From assembly GCA_000165345.1 (NCBI GenBank), contig CM000434.1, positions 288,001 through 352,000 of the forward strand: DNA of 64,000 nt, written 5' to 3'. Made by a program: the position numbers and the translations under genes. Position 1 is the first letter of the stretch. Each line of letters starts with the position of its first letter. Of the stretch, positions 31,319 through 42,553 are shown piece after piece. The notes below the pieces were generated by a model. That model was not told where the DNA came from and searched no databases. It saw only the letters and a list, made by a program, of their open reading frames with translations.

Positions 31319-32077
31319 TCATTTTTTAATTGGTATTGATAGAGGATTATATCTATAACCTAATCGCCCCGAAACAAGAGTTGAAATAAATTGAGAACTT
31401 GTAAAAGAAGTTCTAATTACGAAGTTTGAATATCCAAACCCTGAATCATGATTATATGAATATTCGTCATATGAGTCGATGAAAAATGATTGGATATTAA
31501 TACTCACAGTACAATTCCTATAATCTTTTGTACAAGTGAAGTCAATCATTTCATCTGGTATTTTCTTGTATTTAAATTTTGTAAAATCGGGGAAAAGATA
31601 GTCAAGATTGTCTGAATTACAACTGCTTTTATTGTTTGAATCAACAGGAATCCTTCCAATATACGCAATTTCTACGCCTTCTATCATAATTTTATCTACA
31701 AATAATCGATTAACATATTTGATATCGAATAGAAATGATATTGATGTTGTGAAATTTACAACTGATGATTGACTATTTGTTCTTAAAAGAGGTTGAGATA
31801 TTACCAAATAGTTTTTTTCGAAAACTGCAGGAACAATATCGACTCTACTTGGCGAGATACTATAAGCCAAGATAATCCCGCAAAGTGGTATAATAAAAGT
31901 AACTGAAAGCCAACCCAATAACCAGAGGACTAACTTAAGAACTTTATTCACTGTAAATTTTGGTCTTGGTGACTTTGGACGGTATTTTTTACCATAAAAT
32001 ATACTACTTATTAAATCATAATATGTATTCCATATAAAATCAGAAATTGCGATCGAAATATTAGTTTTTAATGCCAT
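31319..32077 (-). CDS. Hypothetical type II membrane protein (252 aa)
   Basis: ATG verified. Single TM (VLKLVLWLLGWLSVTFIIPLCGIILAY) followed by a beta-rich lumenal domain. No motif recognised. Confidence 0.4.
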   Translation of the reverse strand: MALKTNISIAISDFIWNTYYDLISSIFYGKKYRPKSPRPKFTVNKVLKLVLWLLGWLSVTFIIPLCGIILAYSISPSRVDIVPAVFEKNYLVISQPLLRTNSQSSVVNFTTSISFLFDIKYVNRLFVDKIMIEGVEIAYIGRIPVDSNNKSSCNSDNLDYLFPDFTKFKYKKIPDEMIDFTCTKDYRNCTVSINIQSFFIDSYDEYSYNHDSGFGYSNFVIRTSFTSSQFISTLVSGRLGYRYNPLSIPIKK

Positions 32078-32707
32078 ATAAAATTGCAGTCAAGAATAAA
32101 AATTTAATTACTTATTATCAAATTTGTCTTGAATTAAATAATTATCGAACAAATTGTGTTATTTCTTGAATTTTCATAATTATTCTTATTCTAAATTACA
32201 TTGTTTCCAAATAACCAAAAATCATGTAAATATTGTATGGCGGTAAATAAATTTATTGAATATTAAAATTGCAGAATATATGGTTTGGAATTCACCAAAA
32301 GAATAAAAAAATAATCCAATATATTATCCAAGATCGACTTAATCAATTTTTTAATAACCTTTTATACTTTATGAGGTCAATAAATAATGGGTCTTTTGAT
32401 GGGAAGAGAAGAGTTTTGCCCAATTTTAGGTTTATGTCGCACCCTCTATTTATTCTTTTCCCTATGGATTTGACAAAAATAAGCTATGAAGAATATGTTG
32501 AGTTATATAACTACTATAAGACAAAGGCATTTCAAAATGGCCTGGAAAATATTTCAGCACAGATGAGATAGTATTTTATAGCAGTCTATTCATAAGCATA
32601 TAAAATCATGTTTGAACGTATAACATCAATACGACTTCTGAACGTATTTCTTGTAAAGACATTATATTTTGTTAAGCTAAACTTTTATCACTATATTTCT
32701 TACTTTT

Positions 32708-33700
32708 TTACGATACTTCCAAGTTGTGAAGATTCATTTTATCTCTGATACTAGATGCAGTTGAAGGTGTATAAGAGTACATTTCTTCAATACTTTCAGG
32801 ATATGATCTTTTAATCATCTGTACGGATTCAATTCTTCCATCAAACTCATTATTATGGTGTCTTTTATTATTAATTTGACTGCGATGAAAAATCATATTA
32901 TTTATACGAGTTTGGTTATCAAACTGGTTAAAGTGTTGATATTCTGATCCAATATTACATAATGATTCATGTAAATTGTTAATATGATTATTTTTATGTC
33001 CAAAAGACTTGTCTCTCCATACAAGTGGGATATCAAGAAGACTTAACGGGGTAAATTGATTTGATAGATGGAAAGTCTCTTCCGAACATAAATTTCTTTC
33101 GCTTAAATGCTGACCAACTTTGCTACTTTCAGTGTTGAATAAACTTGAAACCAGAGAAGGCATTCCTTCAAATGACTTATCAATACTATCTGAACCAAAT
33201 TTGTTTATGGAGCCTAAGCTTGATGTTGTTGAAACTGCGTTATATGGATGGTATAATCTGCTATCATTAAATATATTTTTTCCATCAAAATTCATTGATA
33301 AATCTTGTCTTTGGTTTGTTATCTTCTGAATTGGTACTGGAAGCGTTTCAACATCTAATGGAATGAATTCTCCCTTTTGTGGTTTAGACCTGAGTTCTTC
33401 TATCCCATGTGCATATCTGCACGAATCACCAACTACGCAGCTCCCTTTAATCCAATAAACGCAAAGTGAGGTCTTGAAAAGATCTGACGTTGCTCGAAGT
33501 TCTTTCCTCGAATGTGCATATCTACATTGTGGGTTTCTACATATGCCTTCTTTTAATTGTATTTCACAAAGTTTAGTTCGTGTTAAATCCACGCTTGGTC
33601 TCAATTCATCAATAGAATGTGCCCAATTACATTCCTTATCCATTCTGCATCGTCCAACTGCAAACCAAGGGCACTTTTTTGTTTTATAAAATTGAGCCAT
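32708..33700 (-). CDS. Tandem CCCH zinc-finger protein (three C-x7/8-C-x5-C-x3-H fingers)
   Basis: CPWFAVGRCRMDKECNWAH, CEIQLKEGICRNPQCRYAH, CVYWIKGSCVVGDSCRYAH. ATG verified. Confidence 0.7.
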   Translation of the reverse strand: MAQFYKTKKCPWFAVGRCRMDKECNWAHSIDELRPSVDLTRTKLCEIQLKEGICRNPQCRYAHSRKELRATSDLFKTSLCVYWIKGSCVVGDSCRYAHGIEELRSKPQKGEFIPLDVETLPVPIQKITNQRQDLSMNFDGKNIFNDSRLYHPYNAVSTTSSLGSINKFGSDSIDKSFEGMPSLVSSLFNTESSKVGQHLSERNLCSEETFHLSNQFTPLSLLDIPLVWRDKSFGHKNNHINNLHESLCNIGSEYQHFNQFDNQTRINNMIFHRSQINNKRHHNNEFDGRIESVQMIKRSYPESIEEMYSYTPSTASSIRDKMNLHNLEVS

Positions 33701-34151
33701 TATTTTTTTTAAATGTCTTTTTTATTAAAATTTGATTTATATACAGGATTGTTTATCTTCCACAACAAATAATACTATTAAAAATTGAACAAAAAAAAAG
33801 TATTATCTTTATTATTAGTTATAATGCATAAGGTTTTACTAAATACTTATTACTTCTATATTTACTCCGCTTTCAATTCTCTATTTCTATTTTTCTATTG
33901 TTATAATAAATTTGGTATTTATTATTAATAATTTATCTTTAATCTATTTATCGTTAACGAGCTTGCGCATGCAAGTTAATATTTCGCGAAAAAAAAAAAA
34001 ATGATAAATTCTTAAAATATTAAAAATACGTTAAATTTATTTTTAATTTCGAAGAGATAAAAGAAAACTTGTCAAAAAAATCAAAATTTTCATAAATTAA
34101 CAATTACCCCGTTATTTTTATTTTTTGAGAACCTATTAGCGAACCTAAGTT

Positions 34152-37100
34152 TTATTTTTTTTGTAATATATCCCTAAGCATAGTTAAAGAATTCATTTGA
34201 TCTAAAATTACTCTTTTTATTATCCATGCAGATATATCAGTATGTAAATCAACTTGGTTGAAATATATGGCTTGCACTCTATTTTCGCCCTCTGGACGAA
34301 AAACGTATGTTGCGAAGTAATTTTTAGCTCTCACGTATGATGAGTTTATTATGGGCCACTCAATAGATTGTGTAAGAATATATTCATATTGTGATTCATC
34401 TGAATTAGTTGATTCATTTGCATCTGGCTTGTATCTGTAACATATTACAACAAAATCTCTTCCTGAGACACCCCACTGTCCTTTAAATGCCTGGTAGAAT
34501 ATACAAATATTTTCATCATTTCTGAAATAATGCATCGGGTCAGATTTCTCAACCATGGGATCATAATACATCTTGTTGTTTGAATCCCAAATATAATCTA
34601 CAATATCTTTAATTGAACATATTTTGTTTGTATTTTCAATTTCATTATTATCTGAAGAAATTTTAAAAGGTTCTATATTGCAATTCAGTGATATTGAAGT
34701 GATTCCACAACTCATAAATGGTTGCCCATCAACTTCTTTTTTATATACTCTCATGCCATTTGAATTTCTTTCAAGTGACCACTTCTGAGTTCCATTATCA
34801 ATTTCAGATACTAACTTTCTAGTATATTCAAGAAGTTCTGCTCTTTTATCGGTAACAATCTTAAATATACTATCTTCATCTTCTATTAATTGTTGTACTG
34901 TAAGCGGAAACTCATTTAATTCCCCAATAAATATTGGCTTAACACTCTCTTTAGATTGAATTTCATTCAATGAATTAACTGAAATCAAACTTTTTGATTG
35001 GTCAGATTTTATCTTTGATCCACTACTTTCTTTAGAATTGGAATCAGAATCCTTTGATTTAATCATTTCGGTCTTTATAAAGTATCTACAGCAAACAAGT
35101 AAATTATTTTTGTTATTGAAATTTCTTTTCCCACCCTTAAGAATAATTTTATAACATAAGATATCTTGTCGTCTATTTTCAATAATTTTTCCATCATTCC
35201 CTTTTACTTTAAATGGGAGTTTATAAGAAGGAACGATGCTTCTTGTTTCAATCATTTTGAAACCCTCTCTATTTTGTCTCGTTTCTAAAATAATATTTGT
35301 TCTATCTTCACTCCATTCTAAAGTTGTATTTGGTTGTTCAAAAACCATATACTTTTCAAGTGATTTTTTTCTTTTATTTGAATACTGTCTATACAATCCG
35401 CCTTCATCATGAGATAATGATAAATTATCATCCTCTTCCTCCATCTTAAATTTTTCAATCCTATGGTTTTCTATTTCCTCAAGATTATTCTTCCCCAGAT
35501 TTTTTGTTCTGTTTATTATTAATGTTGTTCTATTGTTTAATCCCATTATTAATGTGGTTGATATTGAAACTATTCCTCTTACTGTATCAACATCATAATG
35601 CACAATTGGATTGAGTTTATCGACTGCTCTTCTAATAAACCATGAGACACCCAATGCTGCATTGATTTCTTGAAGTGAGTCAGAATTTGATCTCAATAGA
35701 ACCCAATAACCTTGGAACTTTTCCAATAATTCTTTTAGTGGAGATGTGATTTCAATTGTTCTTATATTTGAATATCCATTTTCTTTTTGTTTGTTAAATA
35801 TTAGATTTAAATTTCCATCGTCATTATTGTTTATTATTTGAGGATTTCTCATTCTTAAAACTTTGTTTATTGCCTTGTTTAAAGACATTTTATTTTTTTC
35901 AATTGCTTGCCTAGTGTATTTAAATAGAGGAACCAGTTTAAATATATAAAAAACTAAGTTTTCGCTTAAATAAATCATTTTTCCTGATTTGCTTGTATTT
36001 ATATTTACATAATTTAATATAAATGTAACAATAAAGAGGGAGGTTTTGAAATTTGAACTAGTTGGTGTTGAAGAGAAACAAGAAATTGAAAACAGTATAC
36101 TGGAATCAATAATAAACTTCCAAAGTTGGTGAGATAGAGTAATAATTAATAGCCATGGTCTTGTTGAATCAGTTAAGATTTTTGAAAAGAGTAAAATTAT
36201 TGTAAGACCACTATTTAACATTAATATAAAAGATGTAATAATCGGATATTCTGTACAAATTGATAGCAATATCATATTTATCAAATTATAGTGCCACATA
36301 TCTTCATATAAAGTATATTTATTTTTTATAAAAAATAAGTTATTCCAGAAATTATTCGAAACTGAAGATGATTGTCCAATAGCTAGATCGTTGTTATATG
36401 TGACATAATCACCTAGAGGAAGTCTCTTCATTTCTTCTTTGGGTCCCAATTTAAAACCTATACAATTTTTGGAATAAGGTATTGAATTTATTACTGAAAA
36501 TAAATTTTTTGCTAAAATAGTTAATGCAATTGCAAAAGGAAAATAATCAATGGAATGAGTACTGAAGTAAATTGATATTTGTTTAATTATTTTCCAATAA
36601 ATAAAAAAAATAATATTTTTTATTATAAGTGGTAACTTAAAAGACCAGAAGGATTCTTTTGTTTCACGAGATACATCTATATTCATATTTATATTATTAA
36701 CAATTTGAAAAATAATTAATGAAAAAATGAAATGTACCATAAATTTGAAAAATTCATTTTTTAGTATTTCAATTTTGTTACTAAATGGCACGTAAATTGA
36801 AATAATCAAAATTGGAATAGCCATATGATAAAAGAGATTCAAATATTCTTTCGGTTTCTTCTTGATTGGATTTCTCCACGTGTTATTAGAAAAGTAAATT
36901 AAATATTCCTGATTATGTTTTGGCAAAGGAAAATCATCCAGTATACTTTTCAAGAAAATCAAACCAATACTAGTGATTATAGGAATCATTAATATAAGAT
37001 ATGGAGTAATTTTCTTTGAATAAAAAGTAAAGTTAAAAACTGGATTTTTGTAATTTAACCAATAAATTGATATAAAATGACCAAATAATGCAATAATATT

Positions 37101-37769
37101 AATACAGAAAATTAATATTGAAATAATAAAAAATACCAACAATAGCCAAAAAATGGTCATTATGTTTGGACCAAAGTAGTCGCACCATTCGCATAAAATA
37201 TTGAATAACCTTGGAATAGAACTGTACTGTTCGTTTTCGTGAATTCTTTCTAAAGGAGATTCTAATTGATCTTTCTTCTTACTTTGGGAACTTCCACTAA
37301 TGCTGAACACGCGTGTAGACTTTTCGTAAAGTTCAAATAATGATTCCCCATTATGTAGGGCAATTAGATTAATAACAACATTCTCCCAAAATTCGAATTG
37401 ACTTATTTCATAAAATAAAATGTTTCCAAGAAAAAAAACCCAAGAATAAGAAGGTGGCCAATCACCCCAAAATAGGTTATCATTTCTGTTCGGTTGTAAC
37501 TCTTCAGCTTTAATAGAAATTTTCTCGTTAGTAAATCTTAAAGAAATAACTAGATAAATAAGGTTTCTAGGGCTATTTAAGTCAGTAAGTTCATAAATAT
37601 TAAATTCATTAGTTTCTTTTAATCCTTTGTATATTTTATCACCGTCACTATTTCTCTTCAAGACCAACAAAAAATGTGATTCCCTATCTTCAAATGAACC
37701 TTGGTTTTCATTTACAGATCTGGTCAAAGAGTGTGTAAAGAAACCTGAAAAATACTTTCCAAGGTCCAT
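34152..37769 (-). CDS. Polytopic membrane protein (about 10-12 predicted TM helices, residues ~200-600) with a C-terminal START (StAR-related lipid-transfer) domain
   Basis: The C-terminus carries a START signature: GVSGRDFVVICYRYK...YILTQSIEWP...SYVRAKNYFATYVFRPEGENRVQAIYFNQVDLHTDISAWIIKRV. The central region is a run of hydrophobic helices. ATG verified. Confidence 0.75.
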   Translation of the reverse strand: MDLGKYFSGFFTHSLTRSVNENQGSFEDRESHFLLVLKRNSDGDKIYKGLKETNEFNIYELTDLNSPRNLIYLVISLRFTNEKISIKAEELQPNRNDNLFWGDWPPSYSWVFFLGNILFYEISQFEFWENVVINLIALHNGESLFELYEKSTRVFSISGSSQSKKKDQLESPLERIHENEQYSSIPRLFNILCEWCDYFGPNIMTIFWLLLVFFIISILIFCINIIALFGHFISIYWLNYKNPVFNFTFYSKKITPYLILMIPIITSIGLIFLKSILDDFPLPKHNQEYLIYFSNNTWRNPIKKKPKEYLNLFYHMAIPILIISIYVPFSNKIEILKNEFFKFMVHFIFSLIIFQIVNNINMNIDVSRETKESFWSFKLPLIIKNIIFFIYWKIIKQISIYFSTHSIDYFPFAIALTILAKNLFSVINSIPYSKNCIGFKLGPKEEMKRLPLGDYVTYNNDLAIGQSSSVSNNFWNNLFFIKNKYTLYEDMWHYNLINMILLSICTEYPIITSFILMLNSGLTIILLFSKILTDSTRPWLLIITLSHQLWKFIIDSSILFSISCFSSTPTSSNFKTSLFIVTFILNYVNINTSKSGKMIYLSENLVFYIFKLVPLFKYTRQAIEKNKMSLNKAINKVLRMRNPQIINNNDDGNLNLIFNKQKENGYSNIRTIEITSPLKELLEKFQGYWVLLRSNSDSLQEINAALGVSWFIRRAVDKLNPIVHYDVDTVRGIVSISTTLIMGLNNRTTLIINRTKNLGKNNLEEIENHRIEKFKMEEEDDNLSLSHDEGGLYRQYSNKRKKSLEKYMVFEQPNTTLEWSEDRTNIILETRQNREGFKMIETRSIVPSYKLPFKVKGNDGKIIENRRQDILCYKIILKGGKRNFNNKNNLLVCCRYFIKTEMIKSKDSDSNSKESSGSKIKSDQSKSLISVNSLNEIQSKESVKPIFIGELNEFPLTVQQLIEDEDSIFKIVTDKRAELLEYTRKLVSEIDNGTQKWSLERNSNGMRVYKKEVDGQPFMSCGITSISLNCNIEPFKISSDNNEIENTNKICSIKDIVDYIWDSNNKMYYDPMVEKSDPMHYFRNDENICIFYQAFKGQWGVSGRDFVVICYRYKPDANESTNSDESQYEYILTQSIEWPIINSSYVRAKNYFATYVFRPEGENRVQAIYFNQVDLHTDISAWIIKRVILDQMNSLTMLRDILQKK

Positions 37770-38273
37770 TATTTCATATTAACATTTTTAAATTATGTTA
37801 TTTTGATTTTCGATCTAGTTCAAAATATGTTCCAGCTGAAATTATGAGGTAAACTAACCTATCACCAATTGACTAAACATACCACACACTCTTTTTCGAG
37901 TTTAAACTTGCGCCAGAGAACTTTTTCATTAAATCATTTTTATTGATTTATATTCCTAATTAAATAAGTGATCAATTACAGCTAGTGATATCAATATTAT
38001 AATCCGAATTCTCAATTAAAATGTCATGAAAACAACATTTTGTAGTAAATGACAATTTTCAATGGAAATATTGATCGAAAATAAATACAATACCAGCAAA
38101 ATACATTAATATTATTTATTAAATCTTTACTTAGGGTTCTGGTGTTAATAATTGTCTAAATACAGACAAAAGTAACAATAATAACATGCAAGTTATTTAT
38201 TAACTTTTATTTAATTTTTTAGCGGTAAGAAAAAATGGTCACTTTAATTATTTCATAGTAAATTGAAAAATAA

Positions 38274-39806
38274 ATGTCTGAATATAATGGGATTGGAGGA
38301 AAACTAGCGAGGCCAGTAATAGAGTGTCTGAAATCTCTAAAGAATTATATCAGAGATTACGATCCTTTAGAGAACGATTGTAGATATGATATTTTTCAGG
38401 AACTTTTAACATTTAGAAAAAGTTGGCGTAAATTATCTACTTCATTGGAAGAAATTGATAATAACATAAATCAAGATCTCGTAAGAGAGTTTTATGAAAA
38501 CAACATTTGTATTGATGAATGTAGAGCAAGAGAAGACTTCATCAATATAATCTCAAAAAATTTTGAAAATAACACACATCCAGCATTTGAGATGTACTAT
38601 CACAATAATGTTGATGAAAACGAGGATTTAAATTATTCAGTAGTATCTAGCAATGAATCTTTTGAAACATTTATTAAGATTTTAGAATTTGACTTTGAAG
38701 AAAGACAAAAAAAAATAGCTGAACTTGAGTCTATCAAGCAAGAACATCTTGAATTGGTTGCTGAATCCAAGTCTATGGATCTAGAACAAGAAGAGTTAAA
38801 CAAATATATAGAACCATTTAAAAAAAGCCTAGAATTAATTACTAGCTATTTAGATGATTCGAATTGCGAAGAAAATGAAGGTTTTTGTCCAAACACATTG
38901 CTAGAATTACATAAAAATTTAAGACCAATTTATATATATTTCAATTCTTTTAAGGATAGAATCAACAGTAATAATGATCATGATCAAGTTGTTCATGTAA
39001 ATGTTGATGAATATGGCCAGGTTGTTATTGGTATTAATAGACCATTGTCTAAAATAGAATTTGATACAGTTTCAACAAATTTCCAAGATTTTCTGATCAA
39101 TATTTTTCCAATTAAATTAGAGTTTTCCACAATGAATACTCTATCATCTCGTGAGGTTGTTTTGCTTTCTGTATTTATGAATACAAATAAACAGTTAAAA
39201 TGCCATATTTTTTCGGATATTTTATTTGATAAAGATACTGGCGAAAATATTCCATTAATTGATGAAGAGACTTTGGAGGTTTTACAAGAAGAAATTTCTG
39301 GAAAACCTTATTATTGGCTGCAATACTTTGTCAATAACGTTTCTGTAATCCCTATAAAATTAAATGAAATGAATTTAGACCCTGGTGATCTATTCAAAAT
39401 GATTGAATGCAGGATTCAAAATTTCATATTTTTTAATTTTTTACTATATCTGGCATCAATTGGGCCTCAATTATTCATTAGTTTTATATTATTTTATTCG
39501 GAAATTGAATCAATTGACACTCAAGCAATTGAAATTAATTTTGATAGTTTTAGTTTTAATACAGTTAATGAAATTAGCAAGCATTCAATATTAATTAAAA
39601 CAGAAAACAAGGATATTTATGTTGAAATTGAATTATCTGGAAATATGAGCTATTGCATAAAATTCGATGAATTAATATACAAAGAGGAGTTCAGGTTTAT
39701 TGAAAATGAATTGAATATTGATAAAAATTTGGTTTATAATAAAGAAATTACAATGAATTTTTGCAAAAATCTGTCTCAAGCATTACTAAATATCAAGCCG
39801 AATTAA
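38274..39806 (+). CDS. Hypothetical protein (510 aa)
   Basis: ATG verified and a long ORF. Acidic coiled region in the middle, hydrophobic stretch near the C-terminus. No motif recognised. Confidence 0.45.
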   Translation: MSEYNGIGGKLARPVIECLKSLKNYIRDYDPLENDCRYDIFQELLTFRKSWRKLSTSLEEIDNNINQDLVREFYENNICIDECRAREDFINIISKNFENNTHPAFEMYYHNNVDENEDLNYSVVSSNESFETFIKILEFDFEERQKKIAELESIKQEHLELVAESKSMDLEQEELNKYIEPFKKSLELITSYLDDSNCEENEGFCPNTLLELHKNLRPIYIYFNSFKDRINSNNDHDQVVHVNVDEYGQVVIGINRPLSKIEFDTVSTNFQDFLINIFPIKLEFSTMNTLSSREVVLLSVFMNTNKQLKCHIFSDILFDKDTGENIPLIDEETLEVLQEEISGKPYYWLQYFVNNVSVIPIKLNEMNLDPGDLFKMIECRIQNFIFFNFLLYLASIGPQLFISFILFYSEIESIDTQAIEINFDSFSFNTVNEISKHSILIKTENKDIYVEIELSGNMSYCIKFDELIYKEEFRFIENELNIDKNLVYNKEITMNFCKNLSQALLNIKPN

Positions 39807-40065
39807 ATGATAAACAATTTATTCAATAAAACATGAATAATATATAAGATATAAATATTTTCAATAATTAGAAAGACTAATTAACAAAAAGTTAATTTGT
39901 TATGCTAATTAATTTATAATTAAAAGTAGAATCTACACCTAAATTTCAATCAATAAGTTTAACTTGATTACTCCATGTTTTTGTTTTAATTGTTTTTTTT
40001 TTTTAAAATTAATAACAATTATTCATCAGATCTTTAATCTTTTTTTTTTCTAAGTGGGGAACTGG

Positions 40066-40084
40066 GTGTGTGTGTGTGTGTGTG
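40066..40084. repeat. (GT)9 dinucleotide microsatellite
   Basis: gtgtgtgtgtgtgtgtgtg in the spacer 39807..40376. Confidence 0.9.
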
Positions 40085-40201
40085 GTGACTTGCCACAAAA
40101 TTATTAGTAATCAAGATTAGTATGAGTATTATTTTAATATTTCCGATATTTTTGTGATAAAAACAAATTTCAAAAAATATTTGCAAATATTTTACAAGAT
40201 C

Positions 40202-40218
40202 TTTTTTTTTTTTTTTTT
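40202..40218. repeat. Poly(T)17 homopolymer
   Basis: Seen directly, 160 bp upstream of the K-rich ORF. Confidence 0.9.
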
Positions 40219-40376
40219 GTAAAAAAGCGACAAATTTTACAGTCTACAAGAATACAAAAAGAACTTTACGTATTTAATATAATCATAAATCACAGTCAAA
40301 GTTGTAACATAAGTAATTTGTATAATAATAAACAATTTTATCAATTTTTACAAGAGTCCAACATAATACTATCAAG

Positions 40377-40961
40377 ATGGTTTGCAAGTCTAAGTGTTCA
40401 ACAAAAATGGGTAATAAGAAAACTGACAAAATGAGTTCGGACGTAAAGAGTTGTTTGAATACAAAAAAAACAGCAAAAAAGGTTGAAGGCAAATCAAAGA
40501 TTATTGGTTCTGGCATGAAAAGAGTAATAAAAAAAGAAATAATAAAGAATATAAACTCCGAGAAACCTATAAAAAATAAGAATACAATAAAAAAAATAAC
40601 AAAGGCAAAAGATAGTGTAAAACAGTCAGTTACAAAGAAAGAAACAAAAAATACACAAATTAAGAACACGCCAGCAAAGAAAACTACGGCTCTTTCTAAA
40701 TCAAAAGTGAGCTCAATCCCCTCTGCAGTCAGAGTTATAAAAAAAATTGAAAAAAATACAACTTCAAAGCCTACCTCAAAAAGTGTTAAACCAAAAAAAT
40801 CACCTGTTGCAAAATTAACCACTAAAACAAACTTGAAGATTGCCTCAAAAAATGAAAGAACATCTTCAAAGTTAATTAAGAAAGATTCAAACAAAAAAAC
40901 GAGCATCTGTAAGTCTTCTGCAAAAAGTCTTTCAACCGGATCTAAATGTAAAAAGACTTAA
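40377..40961 (+). CDS. Lys/Ser/Thr-rich highly basic small protein (194 aa), linker-histone/HMG-like in composition
   Basis: ATG in a good context (caagATGg). 30% Lys with KK/SK/TK repeats. A fully antisense F-rich ORF (40283..40906, -) also has an ATG, so the coding strand is ambiguous. Confidence 0.35.
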   Translation: MVCKSKCSTKMGNKKTDKMSSDVKSCLNTKKTAKKVEGKSKIIGSGMKRVIKKEIIKNINSEKPIKNKNTIKKITKAKDSVKQSVTKKETKNTQIKNTPAKKTTALSKSKVSSIPSAVRVIKKIEKNTTSKPTSKSVKPKKSPVAKLTTKTNLKIASKNERTSSKLIKKDSNKKTSICKSSAKSLSTGSKCKKT

Positions 40962-41194
40962 CCAGTTCTAAAGCAATATAAAAGCTATCTTTTGCAGCTA
41001 TAGAATAATCAACTGTGATCTAAATCCGCTTATTTTGAGTGATGTAGAACTACAACGATTTCAGAATGATAAAAGTTTTGTTTCCAAGACAACATTTTTA
41101 ATATTTTTTAATTCTAATGTTACAATAGGATTAGACCCAAATCATATTTGAGGGATAAGCATTAATTAATGTCTCTAGTTTCTATATAAGATAT

Positions 41195-42205
41195 TTATTC
41201 AGTAGTTTTAGTGTTTACTGATGCCAAGAATATAGATATTTGTGATTCAATATTAGGAAAAAATATCAACATTGATAGAAATTTGTTCTGCGTTATTGTA
41301 GCAACACAGTAAGAGTCTGAAATAGTAGTAGAAAACTGTAGTACAGACATTAAGTGATTAATATCAAAAGTTGCAAAAACTCTAAATAATTCTTTTTCAT
41401 CAGTTCGGCGATTTTGTTCTTGAGAAATAATCATCCTGGACTCATCATAATTTTCAGTGTGGAAAACAATGCAATTATTAAAAAATGTCTTTATTGAAAC
41501 TGTAGAGTTTAATGATTTATCAGAAGTACAAATAAAATGACAGGTTTGGGATTTAGATCCTTCATCATGATTGTTTTGTGCTTCATTATTGTAATCTTGA
41601 ACTATTTCAATTTCCACATATTTAGAATCAACTAGCTTCATTTTTTCAAATAGTCTCAATAGGGATTTTGGCGGAGGTAAAGAAAAGTGAGTATTGGGAA
41701 TTTCACTACCAAATCTTTTCCCATCCTCACCTAAAGGAATTAATTCATTTGTTATTTTCGATTTCAAAACATCAACTTTGCAATCATGCGTTAGTTGAAA
41801 TGTACTCATTTTTTTTGTTTCAATTATCATTGAGAAAGATAACACATTTTGTGAGTCTCTTTTGCTCAGTCTCAATGTGGTTTCTTTTGCTAATATTGAA
41901 GATCTCAAGGGAAGAATCAAAGCCTCGGGGTTCAAACTAATTCCAATAATATTCTCATTTTTACTCTCTAATACTGGTTCTGAGAAGAAAACATCTTCAT
42001 ATTTTAATCTACAAGACACATCCGCAATTTGTTCATCCCAATTGCAGTAGCTTGTTAGCAGCAAAATTAGTGAATTTTTTTCGAACTTGATATAGAATCT
42101 GCTGTTTTGTTTATTCGGTAATCCCTTCATCATCTTTACAAATCCTTGTATACACTCCAAGAGTATACTAGACTTTCTTTGCAATAGAGTAGCCTTGAAT
42201 CTCAT
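41195..42205 (-). CDS. HUS1: Checkpoint clamp (9-1-1) component Hus1
   Basis: Collinear similarity to HUS1: MRFKATLLQ ~ MKFRAKIVD; SCRLKYEDVFFSEP ~ WCELEQENFFNEF; IGISLNPEALILPLRSSILAKETTLRLSKR ~ [30 protein letters not shown]; length 336 aa. ATG verified. Confidence 0.6.
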   Translation of the reverse strand: MRFKATLLQRKSSILLECIQGFVKMMKGLPNKQNSRFYIKFEKNSLILLLTSYCNWDEQIADVSCRLKYEDVFFSEPVLESKNENIIGISLNPEALILPLRSSILAKETTLRLSKRDSQNVLSFSMIIETKKMSTFQLTHDCKVDVLKSKITNELIPLGEDGKRFGSEIPNTHFSLPPPKSLLRLFEKMKLVDSKYVEIEIVQDYNNEAQNNHDEGSKSQTCHFICTSDKSLNSTVSIKTFFNNCIVFHTENYDESRMIISQEQNRRTDEKELFRVFATFDINHLMSVLQFSTTISDSYCVATITQNKFLSMLIFFPNIESQISIFLASVNTKTTE

Positions 42206-42543
42206 CTCGGATGATCTTAATTAAAACATTTACACAATACAAGAACTAAAGTTTTAAAATAAATGAAAATTTTTCTAGTAATAAAATGAGGTATTTTTGA
42301 AAATACAAAATCAGATCTTGCAAGAGGGAAATGAGGGGGAGTTGTTCAAATGAAGAAAACTTGTGCATACAAAAGTGAAATATAATACCTAACGATTATT
42401 CAGTTGTTAAGCACGATCGACAGAGTATTTTAGCATTTTAATTTTTTTCATTGTTCTGTAATAAGAATTTCTTGTGATCAAATAATGTCTTGTATCTTAC
42501 AAAAAATCATTTAAATATTAACCTCTTTTAAGATATATTAATA

Positions 42544-42553
42544 GGCGGGAAAA
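42544..42553 (-). promoter_or_regulatory. Canonical E2F site TTTTCCCGCC in the divergent Hus1/HDAC promoter
   Basis: Plus strand reads GGCGGGAAAA. Matches TTTSSCGC. Confidence 0.45.

Noticed and set aside
32269-32571. 100-aa + ORF between two minus-strand genes
   Set aside because: It starts on TTG, and the first ATG leaves about 65 aa. No motif. Likely spurious, lying within the CCCH-gene 3' region or promoter.
40283-40906. Phe-rich 207-aa ORF antisense to the Lys-rich ORF
   Set aside because: It is the complement of AAA/AAG-rich coding DNA. I kept it as an alternative in a finding, not as a feature.
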